From Mycobacteriales bacterium (GTDB taxonomy: Bacteria; Actinomycetota; Actinomycetes; BP-191): a DNA stretch of 64,000 bases. Numbering within the stretch: the first letter of the stretch is position 1; each line of letters opens with the position of its first letter. A model generated the notes under the pieces. The model was not told the DNA's origin, ran no database searches, and worked only from the letters and a program-made list of their open reading frames with translations. Of the stretch, positions 37,459-47,480 are shown piece after piece. A program made the position numbers and the translations under genes. The DNA lies in the NCBI GenBank assembly GCA_036382875.1, contig DASVPJ010000044.1, positions 159,891-223,890 of the forward strand, read 5' to 3'.

Positions 37459-38171
37459 CGTTGGTCGTGGAGCTGCGGGGCGTGACCCGGGTGCACGGCT
37501 CGGGGGCGGCCGAGGTGGTGGCGTTGCGCGAGGTGTCGCTCGGCGTCGCGGCCGGCGAGCTGGTCGCGGTGATGGGGCCGAGCGGCTCCGGCAAGTCGAC
37601 GCTGCTGCACCTGGCCGGCGGGCTGGACGCGCCGACCGGCGGGCAGGTGTTCGTGGAGGGCACCGACCTCGGCACGCTGTCGCAGTCGGCGCTCGCGGCG
37701 TTGCGGCGGCGGGCGGTCGGCTACGTGTTCCAGGACTTCAACCTGGTGCCCGCGCTGACCGCGGTGGAGAACGTCGCGCTCCCGCGCGAGCTCGACGGCG
37801 CGCCCTGGCGCGCCGCCCGGGCCGACGCCGAGCGGGCGCTGGAGGAGGTCGGCATCGGCGAGCTCGCCGACCGCTTCCCCGACGACATGTCCGGCGGCCA
37901 GCAGCAGCGGGTCGCGATCGCCCGCGCGCTCGTCGGCGAGCGCCGCCTCGTCCTCGCCGACGAGCCGACCGGCGCGCTCGACTCGGAGACCGGCGAGTCG
38001 GTGCTGCGCCTGCTGCGCGCGCGCTGCGACGCCGGCGCGGCGGGCGTGCTGGTGACGCACGAGGCGCGGCACGCGGCGTGGGCGGACCGCGTGGTGTTCC
38101 TGCGCGACGGCCTCGTGGTGGACCAGGCGGGGCCGGTGGCGCCGCCCGAGTCGCTCCTCGTCGAGCGGTGA
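37455..38171 (+). CDS. ABC transporter ATP-binding protein (MacB/FtsE-like)
   Basis: Walker A 'GPSGSGKST', signature 'MSGGQQQRVAIARAL', Walker B 'LVLADEPTGALD'. ATGA overlap with padR. Confidence 0.9.
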   Translation: MTLVVELRGVTRVHGSGAAEVVALREVSLGVAAGELVAVMGPSGSGKSTLLHLAGGLDAPTGGQVFVEGTDLGTLSQSALAALRRRAVGYVFQDFNLVPALTAVENVALPRELDGAPWRAARADAERALEEVGIGELADRFPDDMSGGQQQRVAIARALVGERRLVLADEPTGALDSETGESVLRLLRARCDAGAAGVLVTHEARHAAWADRVVFLRDGLVVDQAGPVAPPESLLVER

Positions 38172-38176
38172 GAGGG

Positions 38177-40813
38177 ATGCGCGGCTACCGCGTGGCGCTG
38201 CGCATCGCGCGCCGCGAGGCGTGGCGGTCGAAGGGCCGCAGCGCGCTCGTCGTCGCGATGATCGGCATCCCGATGCTGGGGCTGGCGTTCGCCGACGTCA
38301 CGGTGCGCACCGGGCAGCTCCCCGCGGCGGAGAAGGCCCGCCGCGAGCTGGGCGCCGCCGACGTGCTGGCCGAGCTCGTCTCGGGCAGCCCCATCGAGCA
38401 GATGGGGCTGTGGAGCTACGGCTTCAAGGGCGACGGGCAGACCCCGCCGCCGGAGCGCGACCCCGACGTCGAGGCGGCGCTGCCGCCGGGCAGCCGGGTG
38501 CTGCGCTGGCACACGTACTACGGCATCCCCATCGGCGCGCACGACCGCGTCGAGGACGGGGAGGTCGAGCGGCTCGACCTGACCGACCCGATGGCGCGCG
38601 GGCTCGTACGGCTGCGCGCCGGCGCGCTGCCGCGCCGCGCGGACGAGGCGGCCGTGACGTCGCGCGTCGCGCGGACGCTCGGCGTCGGCCCGGGCGACAC
38701 GGTGGCGCTGGGCAAGGACGCGTTCCGCGTCTCCGCGGTCGTGGACACCCGCGCGAGCCTGTCCGCGTTCAAGGCGTACGTCGCCCCCGCCGCGCGGCTC
38801 GCCGAGCGCGGCATCGCGCCCGATATCGGCCGGCGCTTCGCCGTCGACCTGCCCTCCGGCGCGGGCGACGTCGAGACGGTGCGGCCGCTCAACGCGCTGG
38901 GCATGCGCGTGATGCCGCGCACCTGGTACGCGTTCCCGCCCGCCGACCCGACGGAGGCCGCGCCGGCCGCCGAGGAGATCGGCGCGGGCGTCGTCGCGGT
39001 CGGGCTCGCGACGCTCGAGATCGTGCTGCTGGCGGGGACCGCGTTCGCGGTCGGTGCCCGCCGGAAGCGCCGTGAGCTGGCGCTCGTCGCGGCGACGGGA
39101 GGGGATCGCCGCGACGTGCGCCGGATCGTGCTCGCCGAGGGCGCCGTGCTGGGCGCGGTCGCCGGCGCCCTCGGCGTGGCCGGTGGCGTCGCCACCGTGT
39201 TCTTCGGCCGCCCGCTGCTCGAACGCCTCTCCGGCAACCTGTTCGGCCCGCTCGACCTGCGCCCGCTGGAGCTGGGCGCGATCGTCGCGATCGGCGCGGG
39301 AACGGCGCTGCTCGCGTCGCTGCTGCCCGCCCGCGCGGCCTCGCGGCAGCCGGTGGTCGCGGCGCTCACCGGCCGGCGCGGGGAGGCGCGGACGCGCGCT
39401 CGCGTCCCCGTCGTCGCGCTCGCCGCGGTCGTCGTCGGCGCGGCGCTGGCGTTCTGGGCGGCGGGCACCGGGAACCTCGTGGCCGAGGGCGTGACGGGTG
39501 CCGCCGCGCGCGGGCGGCGCGCGAACTTCAACCTCGTCCTGGCCGGCGCGGTGCTCGCCGAGCTCGGGTTCGTCGCGTCGGCCCCGGCGCTCGTCGGCCT
39601 CGTCGGCCGGCTCGCGACCCGGCTGCCGCTCTCGCTGCGCCTCGCCGTGCGCGACGCGGCGCGGCACCGTACGCGCTCCGGCCCCGCGGTCGCCGCGGTC
39701 GTGGCCGCGGTCGCCGGCACCGTCGCGCTGTCGGTCTACGTCTCCAGCGACCTCGACCGGCAGCGCCGCGAGTACCGGCCGGCGCTGCCGTCCGGCTTCG
39801 CGTCGGTCAGCTACGGCGACCTGAAGAACCCGTTGCCGCCGTCGACGGTCGAGGCCGCGGCGCGGGCGCTGCGCGCGCGGGACTGGGTCGAGGTCGCGGA
39901 CGTCATGCAGCCCTGCGACGGCACCACGGAGTGCGCGTTCTGGATGCCGGAGGCGCCGCCGGCGCTGCACTGCGCCGAGCCGCCGTGTCCCGGCTACGGG
40001 CCGATCCCCGGGATGCTCGTCGCGTCGGACGCGCGCTACGTCGCCGCCTGGACCGGGCGCGAGGACCCGGCCGTCGAGGCGGCCCTGGCCCGCGGCGCGG
40101 TCGTGGTCTTCGACCAACGGTGGCTGCGGGACGGCCGGCTCGCGCTGCGCGGCCAGATCGCGCGGGTGCACGACACGGGGCCGCCGCGCACCAGGACCCT
40201 CTCCCTGCCGGCGTACGTCGCCGCCGCCGACGAGGCGAGGTTCGCGAGCCTGCCGACCGCGGTGCTCTCGCCGGAGACGGCGCGCCGGCACGGGCTGCCG
40301 GTGACCCGCTCGTCGGCGCTGCTGCGGACGTCGCGGATGCCGTCGGAACGCGAGGAGGCGGCGGCCCGCGCGGCGGTCCGCAAGGCGCACGAGCGGACGT
40401 ACATCGGCGTCTACGTCGAGCGCGGGTTCCGGCAGAACGCCGGGCTCGTCCTGCTCGCGCTGGCCGGCGGGGCGGCGTTCGTGACCATCGCGTCGACCGG
40501 GATCGCCACCGGCCTCGCCGCGGCGGACAGCCGGCCGGACCTCGCCACGCTCGCCGCCGTCGGTGCGGCGCCGCGGGTACGCCGCCGGCTCGCGATGGCG
40601 CAGGCCGCGACGGTGGCGTCGCTCGGCGGCGCGCTCGGGATCCTGGCCGGACTCGTGCCGGCGTACGCGATCGTCGCCGCGCGCGCGGAGCTGCACGCGG
40701 TCGTGCCGTGGACCACCCTCGCGACCGTCGCGATCGGCGTTCCGGTGCTCGCCGCCGCGCTGGTCGGCCTCGTCACCCGGTCGCGGCTGCCGCTGGAACG
40801 GCGGCTCGCGTGA
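38177..40813 (+). CDS. ABC transporter permease, FtsX/MacB-like (double FtsX domain, ~878 aa)
   Basis: Two 4-TM FtsX-like blocks separated by large extracytoplasmic domains. Start is ATG 38177 or GTG 38168. Confidence 0.75.
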   Translation: MRGYRVALRIARREAWRSKGRSALVVAMIGIPMLGLAFADVTVRTGQLPAAEKARRELGAADVLAELVSGSPIEQMGLWSYGFKGDGQTPPPERDPDVEAALPPGSRVLRWHTYYGIPIGAHDRVEDGEVERLDLTDPMARGLVRLRAGALPRRADEAAVTSRVARTLGVGPGDTVALGKDAFRVSAVVDTRASLSAFKAYVAPAARLAERGIAPDIGRRFAVDLPSGAGDVETVRPLNALGMRVMPRTWYAFPPADPTEAAPAAEEIGAGVVAVGLATLEIVLLAGTAFAVGARRKRRELALVAATGGDRRDVRRIVLAEGAVLGAVAGALGVAGGVATVFFGRPLLERLSGNLFGPLDLRPLELGAIVAIGAGTALLASLLPARAASRQPVVAALTGRRGEARTRARVPVVALAAVVVGAALAFWAAGTGNLVAEGVTGAAARGRRANFNLVLAGAVLAELGFVASAPALVGLVGRLATRLPLSLRLAVRDAARHRTRSGPAVAAVVAAVAGTVALSVYVSSDLDRQRREYRPALPSGFASVSYGDLKNPLPPSTVEAAARALRARDWVEVADVMQPCDGTTECAFWMPEAPPALHCAEPPCPGYGPIPGMLVASDARYVAAWTGREDPAVEAALARGAVVVFDQRWLRDGRLALRGQIARVHDTGPPRTRTLSLPAYVAAADEARFASLPTAVLSPETARRHGLPVTRSSALLRTSRMPSEREEAAARAAVRKAHERTYIGVYVERGFRQNAGLVLLALAGGAAFVTIASTGIATGLAAADSRPDLATLAAVGAAPRVRRRLAMAQAATVASLGGALGILAGLVPAYAIVAARAELHAVVPWTTLATVAIGVPVLAAALVGLVTRSRLPLERRLA

Positions 40814-41328
40814 GGGCGCTGCTCGCCGCCGCGGCGGTGGCGGCGCTCGTGGTGGTGCCCCGCGTGCTGCCGCACCAGGCCGGCGCGCGGGAGCGACCCC
40901 CCGTCGTCGCCGCCCCCGAGGCCCCGGCCACCCCGGAGGCGCCGACGGGCGTCGGCGACGTCACCGGGCTCACGCCGGCGATGCGGCGGGCGGTGGCCCG
41001 CGCGACGGACGCGGCGGCGGCGGACGGCGTGACGCTCGTCGTCACGTCCGGCTGGCGCAGCGCGGAGCACCAGCAACGCCTCTACCGCGAGGCGGTCGCG
41101 AAGTACGGCTCGCCTGAGGTCGCCCGCCGGTGGGTGCTGCCGCCGGCCGAGTCGGCGCACGTGCGCGGCGAGGCCGTGGACGTCGGGCCGCCCTCCGCCG
41201 CCAGGTGGCTGGAACGCCACGGCGTCCGGTACGGCCTGTGCCGGCGCTACGCGAACGAGCCGTGGCACTTCGAGCGGCTCGCCGCCGCCAAGGGCTCGTC
41301 CTGCCCCGCGCTGGAGCCGCACGCCTGA
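40810..41328 (+). CDS. M15 family D-Ala-D-Ala carboxypeptidase-like metallopeptidase (VanY-like)
   Basis: 'VTSGWRSAEHQQRLY', 'HVRGEAVDV' and 'EPWHFE' motifs. GTGA overlap with the permease. Confidence 0.75.
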   Translation: MRALLAAAAVAALVVVPRVLPHQAGARERPPVVAAPEAPATPEAPTGVGDVTGLTPAMRRAVARATDAAAADGVTLVVTSGWRSAEHQQRLYREAVAKYGSPEVARRWVLPPAESAHVRGEAVDVGPPSAARWLERHGVRYGLCRRYANEPWHFERLAAAKGSSCPALEPHA

Positions 41329-41391
41329 CGGTTGCCGCGGGCGGCCGCGGCGCCGGCGGCGAGCCCCGCGGCGGCGACGTAGGGTCGGGGC

Positions 41392-42705
41392 GTGGACGTC
41401 CTCGCGGCGCCCGACCTCACGAGCGCGCGGATGCAGATGGCGCTGAGCCTCGGGTGGCACATCGTCATCGCGTGCTTCGGCGTGGGCTTCCCCGTCCTCG
41501 TGCTGCTCGCCGAGTGGCGCGGCCACCGCACCGGCGACCGCACGTACGACCTGCTGGCCCGCCGCTGGGCGAAGTCGCTGGCCGTGCTCTTCGCCGTCGG
41601 CGCGGTGAGCGGCACGATCCTCAGCTTCGAGCTCGGCATCCTCTGGCCGGGGCTGATGGGCCGCTTCGGCGAGGTGATCGGGCTGCCGTTCGCGATCGAG
41701 GGGATCGCGTTCTTCGTCGAGGCGATCTTCCTCGGCATCTACCTCTACGGCTGGGACCGGCTGACCCCGCGCCAGCACCTGTGGAGCGGCGTGCCGGTGG
41801 CGCTCGCCGGCGCGGCGAGCGCGTGGTTCGTCGTCACGGCCAACGCCTGGATGAACCAGCCGCGCGGCTTCCGCCTCGTCAACGGCGAGGTCGTCGACCC
41901 CGACCCGGTCGCCGCGATGTTCAACCCGGCGACCGGCCCGCAGACGACGCACATGCTGCTCGCCGCGTACCTCGTCACCGGCTTCGGCGTCGCCAGCGTC
42001 TACGCCTGGTCGTGGCTGCGCGGCCGCCGCGACCGCTACACCCGGCTCGGCTTCCTGCTGCCGTTCACGGTCGCCGCCGCGCTCGCGCTGCCGCAGGTCG
42101 TCGTGGGCGACTGGGCGGCGCGGTTCCTCGCCGAGCGCCAGCCGGTCAAGCTGGCCGCGATCGAGGGGCTCGAACGTACCCAGCGCGGCGCCCCGCTGAC
42201 CGTCGGCGGCGTGGTCGAGATCCCGAAGGGCCTGTCCCTGCTGGCCCGGCACGACCCCGACGCCGAGGTGATCGGCCTCGACTCCGTGCCCGAGGAGGAC
42301 CGGCCGCCGGTGCTCCCGGTGCGGGTGGCGTTCCAGGTGATGGTGGCGATCGGCACCGGCTACCTCGCGCTCGCCGCGTGGTTCGCGGTCGCCTGGTGGC
42401 GCCGGCGCGACCTGCCGAGGTCGCGGCTGTTCATGCTCGCCGCGCTCGCCGCCGGCCCGGCCGCCGCGCTCGCGCTGGAGGCGGGCTGGATCGTCACCGA
42501 GGTCGGCCGGCAGCCGTGGATCGTCTACGGCGTGCTGCGCACCCGCGACGCGGTGACGCAGGCGAGCGGCATCCGCTACGGCTACTACGCGCTGATCGCG
42601 GTCTACACCGCGATGACCGTCGCCACGGTCTACGTCCTGCGCCGGCTCGGGCGGCTGCCGCGCGAGGACATGGCCGACCCGTCCGCGCCGGAGCCGATGG
42701 CGTGA
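41392..42705 (+). CDS. cydA: Cytochrome bd ubiquinol oxidase subunit I
   Basis: The 'MQMALSLGWHIVIACFGVGFP' N-terminus and the Q-loop region. Confidence 0.92.
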   Translation: MDVLAAPDLTSARMQMALSLGWHIVIACFGVGFPVLVLLAEWRGHRTGDRTYDLLARRWAKSLAVLFAVGAVSGTILSFELGILWPGLMGRFGEVIGLPFAIEGIAFFVEAIFLGIYLYGWDRLTPRQHLWSGVPVALAGAASAWFVVTANAWMNQPRGFRLVNGEVVDPDPVAAMFNPATGPQTTHMLLAAYLVTGFGVASVYAWSWLRGRRDRYTRLGFLLPFTVAAALALPQVVVGDWAARFLAERQPVKLAAIEGLERTQRGAPLTVGGVVEIPKGLSLLARHDPDAEVIGLDSVPEEDRPPVLPVRVAFQVMVAIGTGYLALAAWFAVAWWRRRDLPRSRLFMLAALAAGPAAALALEAGWIVTEVGRQPWIVYGVLRTRDAVTQASGIRYGYYALIAVYTAMTVATVYVLRRLGRLPREDMADPSAPEPMA

Positions 42706-43706
42706 GCCTCGCCGACCTCGTCCTCGCGGCCATGTGGGTCGGCCTGACGGCGTACGCGCTGCTCGGCGGCGCCGACTTCGGCGGCGGCTGGTGGGACCTC
42801 CTGGCCGGCGGCGCGAAGCGCGGCGCGCCGCAGCGCACGCTGATCGAGCACTCGATCGGCCCGGTGTGGGAGGCCAACCACGTCTGGCTGATCTTCGTGC
42901 TGGTGACGCTGTGGACCGGGTTCCCGCACGCGTTCGCCGCGATCATGTCCACGCTCTACGTCCCGCTGACGCTGGCGGCGTTCGGCGTGATCCTGCGCGG
43001 GAGCGCGTTCGCGTTCCGCAAGTCGGTGTCCGAGGTGAGCCTCAAGCGGCTGTTCGGGGCGACGTTCGCGGCGTCCAGCGTGCTGACGCCGTTCTTCCTC
43101 GGCACGGTCGCGGGCGCGGTGGCGAGCGGGCGGGTGCCGCCGGGCAACGCGCGCGGCGACGCGCTGACGTCGTGGCTCAACCCGACGAGCGTCCTCGGCG
43201 GGACGCTCGCGGTCGGCGCGTGCGCGTACCTCGCCGCCGTCTACCTGTGCCGCGACTCGCTGCGCGACGGCCACGCGGACCTGGCGGAGGGGTTCCGGCT
43301 GCGCGGCATGGTCACCGCGGTCGTCGTCGGCGCGGTGGCCCTCGCCGGGGTCGCGGTGCTGCGCGCCGACGCGCCGAAGCTGTTCGACGGGCTCACCGGC
43401 CGCGCGCTGCCGTTGATGCTGCTCTCCGGCGTGGCCGGGGTGGGCAGCGTGTGGCTGCTGGCGACCCGCCGCTACGGCACCGCGCGGGTCGCCGCCGCCC
43501 TCGCCGTGGCCGCCGTGCTGTGGGGGTGGGGGGTCGGCCAGTACCCGTACCTGCTGGAGCCGGCGTACACCGTCGAGGAGGCCGCGGCGAGCCCGGCGGC
43601 GCTCCGGCCGCTGCTGGTCACGATGGTCGCGGCCACGATCCTCGTCGTTCCGTCGCTTTTGCTCCTCATTGCGATGTTCCAGCGCCAGGAGGGGGAGCAG
43701 GAGTAG
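42702..43706 (+). CDS. cydB: Cytochrome bd ubiquinol oxidase subunit II
   Basis: GTGA overlap with cydA. 'GADFGGGWWDLLAG' motif. Confidence 0.9.
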   Translation: MSLADLVLAAMWVGLTAYALLGGADFGGGWWDLLAGGAKRGAPQRTLIEHSIGPVWEANHVWLIFVLVTLWTGFPHAFAAIMSTLYVPLTLAAFGVILRGSAFAFRKSVSEVSLKRLFGATFAASSVLTPFFLGTVAGAVASGRVPPGNARGDALTSWLNPTSVLGGTLAVGACAYLAAVYLCRDSLRDGHADLAEGFRLRGMVTAVVVGAVALAGVAVLRADAPKLFDGLTGRALPLMLLSGVAGVGSVWLLATRRYGTARVAAALAVAAVLWGWGVGQYPYLLEPAYTVEEAAASPAALRPLLVTMVAATILVVPSLLLLIAMFQRQEGEQE

Positions 43707-43732
43707 CCCGCGCGCGGGCGAAGTCAGGTCAG

Positions 43733-45322
43733 GTGACCCGTCGCCTGCTCGCCGGCCTCGTCGCCGTCGCCGTCCTGCCCGCCGCGGTGCCCGCCGTGGC
43801 CGGCGCGCCCGCCCCCGCCCGGATCGACCTCGCGTCGGCCGACACGCTGTTCGGCGACCTCGGCGCCGCGCGCGGCGACGCGCGTGCCGTCGCGGCCCGC
43901 GCGCTGCGGTCCTACGCCCCGCGGCTCGGCGTCGACGCGTCGGACATCCGCCTCGACACCGTGCGGCACTCGCTCGTCGGCACGCACGTGCGCGGCACCG
44001 AGGTGCGCGACGGCGTCCCGGTCGCGGGCACGTACGCGCTCGTCTCGATCGTCGGCGGCCGCGTCGTGCAGGTCGCCGCGCGCGACTCCGACCTCCCCGG
44101 CACGGCCGTGGCGTCGCCGGTGTCCGCGGCGGTCGCGGTGACCTCCGCGCTGCGGGCCGCGCGCGTGACGAGCACCGTCGTGCCGAGCCGCGCGACCCGG
44201 CTGCTCGTCGCGAAGGACGGCCGCCTGGTCGACACGTACCGCGTCGGCGTCCTGTCGCTGAAGCCGGCCGTCGCGCTGACCTACGACGTCGCCGCCGCCG
44301 ACGGCCGCGTCCTCGCGGTCCGCGACGACAAGCGCTACGTCGACGGCTCCGCGACGGTGTTCGACCCCAACCCGGTCGTCACGTCGCGCAACACCAAGCT
44401 GCGCCAGACCGGCGTCGACCAGCTCGGCGTCGACACCGACCTCGACAGCGCGGAGCTCGCGAAGCAGCTCCGCACGCTGCCGCTCAAGCAGCTCGACCCG
44501 ACGATGCTCGCGGCCGGCCGGCTGGTCGGCCCGTGGGTCACGATCCACGGCCCGGTCGGGCCGAGCGTGGACGGCAAGTTCGCGTTCACCCGCGGCGACC
44601 CGCGCTTCGAGGCGACGATGGCGTACGCGCACATCGACCGCATCCAGCGGTACTTCCAGTCGCTCGGCTTCCGCCCCGACCGCGAGACCGGCGCCAACGC
44701 CGAGTCGCAGGACGTCGTCACGACGCGCGTCGAGGGCTTCGACAACTCGTTCTACCAGCCGGCCAACGACGTCATGCTGCTCGGCACCGGCGGCGTGGAC
44801 GACGGCGAGGACGCCGAGGTGATCATCCACGAGTACGGCCACGCCGTGCAGGACGACCAGGTGCCCGGCTGGGGCGACGCGCACGAGGGCGGCTCGATGG
44901 GCGAGGGCTTCGGCGACTTCCTCGCGGCGGCGTACTACGCCCGCACGTCGGGCGGCTTCGGCGACGCCTGCGTCGCCGACTGGGACGCGACGTCGTACTC
45001 CACGGCCAACCCGCCGTGCCTGCGCCGGATGGACTCGCGCAAGCGCTACCCGGCCGACCTGGAGAACGAGGTCCACGCCGACGGCGAGCTGTGGTCCGCG
45101 CTGCTGTGGCGGGTCCGCAACAACCTCGGCCGCAACGCCGTGCAGAAGAGCGACAACGCCATCAAGCTGGTGCTCACGTCGCACGAGTTCCTGACGCCGA
45201 GCGCGGAGTTCGGCGACGCGGTGGCCGCGCTGCGGCAGGCGGCGCGGGCGCTCAAGCAGCCCACCTGGGCGCGGTACGTCGACGCCGCCGCGCGCGCGAG
45301 CGGCATGCCGCTCAACCCCTGA
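43733..45322 (+). CDS. Secreted zinc metalloprotease (HExxH; thermolysin/fungalysin-like)
   Basis: Signal peptide; 'VIIHEYGHAV' and the downstream 'EGFGDFLAAAYY'. GTG start is uncertain. Confidence 0.7.
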   Translation: MTRRLLAGLVAVAVLPAAVPAVAGAPAPARIDLASADTLFGDLGAARGDARAVAARALRSYAPRLGVDASDIRLDTVRHSLVGTHVRGTEVRDGVPVAGTYALVSIVGGRVVQVAARDSDLPGTAVASPVSAAVAVTSALRAARVTSTVVPSRATRLLVAKDGRLVDTYRVGVLSLKPAVALTYDVAAADGRVLAVRDDKRYVDGSATVFDPNPVVTSRNTKLRQTGVDQLGVDTDLDSAELAKQLRTLPLKQLDPTMLAAGRLVGPWVTIHGPVGPSVDGKFAFTRGDPRFEATMAYAHIDRIQRYFQSLGFRPDRETGANAESQDVVTTRVEGFDNSFYQPANDVMLLGTGGVDDGEDAEVIIHEYGHAVQDDQVPGWGDAHEGGSMGEGFGDFLAAAYYARTSGGFGDACVADWDATSYSTANPPCLRRMDSRKRYPADLENEVHADGELWSALLWRVRNNLGRNAVQKSDNAIKLVLTSHEFLTPSAEFGDAVAALRQAARALKQPTWARYVDAAARASGMPLNP

Positions 45323-45430
45323 CCGCCCGGCTGCTGCTCGCGCCGCTCGCCGGCGCCCGCTGCCGCACCTCCGGATGTGCACGGCGTCCTGAGCGGCTAA
45401 CGTCGGGCGCATGGCCGCGATGGGGCGCCC

Positions 45431-46612
45431 GTGAGCGACTCGGTCCTCGTCCTGTGGGACGACGTGCTGGCGTCGTACGACTTCGGCCGCACCCACCCGC
45501 TCCGCCCGCTGCGGCTTGAGCTGACGCTCGCGCTGTCGCGGCGGCTCGGCGTCCTCGACCGGCCCGGCGTCACGGTCGCCGCGCCGCGCGCCTCCGGTGA
45601 CGAGACGCTCGCGCTCGTCCACGACCGCGACTACATCGAGGCGGTCCGCCGCGCGCCGGACGACCTGATGACGCGGCTCGGCCACCGCTACGGGCTCGGG
45701 TCCGGCGACAACCCGGTGTTCCCGCGGATGCACGAGGCCGCGGCGCTGGTCACCGGCGCCTCCGTGGAGGCGGCGCAGGCGGTGTGGGAGGGCCGCGCGC
45801 AGCACGCCGTGAACATCGCCGGCGGGCTGCACCACGCGATGCGCGACCGGGCCAGCGGCTTCTGCGTCTACGACGACCCGGCCGTCGCGATCGCCTGGCT
45901 GCTCCAGGCCGGCGCGCGGCGGGTCGCGTACGTCGACGTCGACGTCCACCACGGCGACGGCGTGCAGGCGGCGTTCTACGGCGACCCGCGCGTGCTCACG
46001 GTGTCGCTGCACGAGTCGGGGCGCTACCTGTTCCCCGGCACCGGGTTCCCCGAGGAGACCGGCACGGGCGAGGGCCGCGGCACGAGCGTCAACGTCGCGC
46101 TCCCGCCGGGCACGAACGACGCCGAGTGGCTGCGCGCGTTCGACGCCGTGGTGCCTCCGGTCCTCGCGGCGTTCCGGCCCGACGTGCTCGTCACGCAGCT
46201 CGGCTGCGACACCCACACGCTCGACCCGCTCGCGCACCTCGCGCTGTCGGTCGACGGCCAGCGCGCGGCGTACGCCCTGCTGCACCGGCTCGCGCACGAC
46301 CTCTGCGCCGGCCGCTGGGTGGTGCTCGGCGGCGGGGGCTACGAGATCGTCCAGGTGGTGCCCCGGTCGTGGACCCACGCGCTGGCCGAGGTCACCGGCG
46401 CGCGCCTGCCGGACGAGGTACCCGAGGACTGGCAGCACGAGGCGTTCGCGCGCAGCGGCGAGCACGGCCCGACCCGGATGGGCGACGGCCGCGACGTGGT
46501 GTGGACGCCGTGGGACGGGAGCGCGGGCACCCACGTCGACCGGGCGATCGCGGCCACGGTGGGGGCGGCGTTCCCGCTGCTCGGCCTGTCCGCGCCCGGA
46601 GTGGGGGGTTAG
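45431..46612 (+). CDS. Histone deacetylase family protein / acetoin utilization AcuC-like
   Basis: 'DVDVHHGDGVQAAF' and 'GGGGY' motifs. Confidence 0.85.
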   Translation: MSDSVLVLWDDVLASYDFGRTHPLRPLRLELTLALSRRLGVLDRPGVTVAAPRASGDETLALVHDRDYIEAVRRAPDDLMTRLGHRYGLGSGDNPVFPRMHEAAALVTGASVEAAQAVWEGRAQHAVNIAGGLHHAMRDRASGFCVYDDPAVAIAWLLQAGARRVAYVDVDVHHGDGVQAAFYGDPRVLTVSLHESGRYLFPGTGFPEETGTGEGRGTSVNVALPPGTNDAEWLRAFDAVVPPVLAAFRPDVLVTQLGCDTHTLDPLAHLALSVDGQRAAYALLHRLAHDLCAGRWVVLGGGGYEIVQVVPRSWTHALAEVTGARLPDEVPEDWQHEAFARSGEHGPTRMGDGRDVVWTPWDGSAGTHVDRAIAATVGAAFPLLGLSAPGVGG

Positions 46613-46726
46613 GCCGATCGGCGGCTGGCGCACCCGTCACTCGGTGCTCTATAACCACAGGAAGTACGCGCCGTCACGTACTCGTGGTGGGGAAGCCGCG
46701 AGGGCGGGCGCGCCAGGAGCGTTCCC

Positions 46727-46924
46727 GTGACGAGCAACCCCCTGTCCGAGGTGAAGTTCCTCACCGTCGCCGAGGTCGCGTCGATGATGCGCGTCTCCAA
46801 GATGACGGTCTACCGCCTGGTGCACTCCGGCGAGCTGCCCGCCGTGCAGATCGGCCGGTCGTTCCGCGTGCCCGAGCAGGCCGTGCACGAGTACCTGCGT
46901 GCGGCGTTCATCGAGGCCGGCTGA
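46727..46924 (+). CDS. Excisionase-family HTH DNA-binding protein (Rv0500A-like)
   Basis: 'LTVAEVASMMRVSKMTVYRLVHSGELPAVQIGRSFRVPE'. GTG start with 'caggagcg' RBS. Confidence 0.8.
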   Translation: MTSNPLSEVKFLTVAEVASMMRVSKMTVYRLVHSGELPAVQIGRSFRVPEQAVHEYLRAAFIEAG

Positions 46925-46976
46925 CAACCATCCGGCACCGCCGGGTCGTCACCCACTCCGACCGAACGGAGGCAGG

Positions 46977-47480
46977 GTGGACGACAGGGACACGGCGTTC
47001 GCGACGTACGTCGCGGCGCGCAGGCGCGCGCTGCTGCGCGCGGCCTGGCTGCTGACGTCCGACTGGCACCTCGCCGAGGACCTCGTCCAGACCGCGCTCG
47101 CCAAGGCGTACCTCGCCTGGCGGCGCATCGACGACCCGGACCCGTACGTGCGCCGCGTCCTCGTGACGACGTACGTCACGTGGTGGCGCCGCCGCTGGCA
47201 CGGCGAGGAGCCGACGGAGTCACTGCCCGACGTGGCCGCCGCGGCCGACGACGGGGACCTGCGCCGCCAGCTCCACGACGCGCTGCGGACGCTGCCCCGC
47301 CGGCAGCGCGCCGTCGTCGTCCTGCGCTACTTCGAGGACCTGACGGAGGCGGAGACCGCCGCCGCGCTGGGCTGTTCGGTCGGCACCGTGAAGAGCCAGC
47401 ACGCCCGCGCGATGGCGCGGCTCCGGTCGCTCGCCGACCTGGCCGACCTCGCGCCCGCCGAGACCGGAGCGACCCCATGA
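46977..47480 (+). CDS. ECF RNA polymerase sigma factor
   Basis: Sigma-2 'DLVQTALAKAYLAW' and sigma-4 'LPRRQRAVVVLRYFEDLTEAETAAALGCSVGTVKSQHARAMARL'. Confidence 0.85.
   Translation: MDDRDTAFATYVAARRRALLRAAWLLTSDWHLAEDLVQTALAKAYLAWRRIDDPDPYVRRVLVTTYVTWWRRRWHGEEPTESLPDVAAAADDGDLRRQLHDALRTLPRRQRAVVVLRYFEDLTEAETAAALGCSVGTVKSQHARAMARLRSLADLADLAPAETGATP

Noticed and set aside
43724-46633. 969-aa minus-strand ORF opposite the metalloprotease and acuC genes
   Set aside because: Same GC-artefact pattern; the plus-strand genes have clear HExxH and HDAC motifs.
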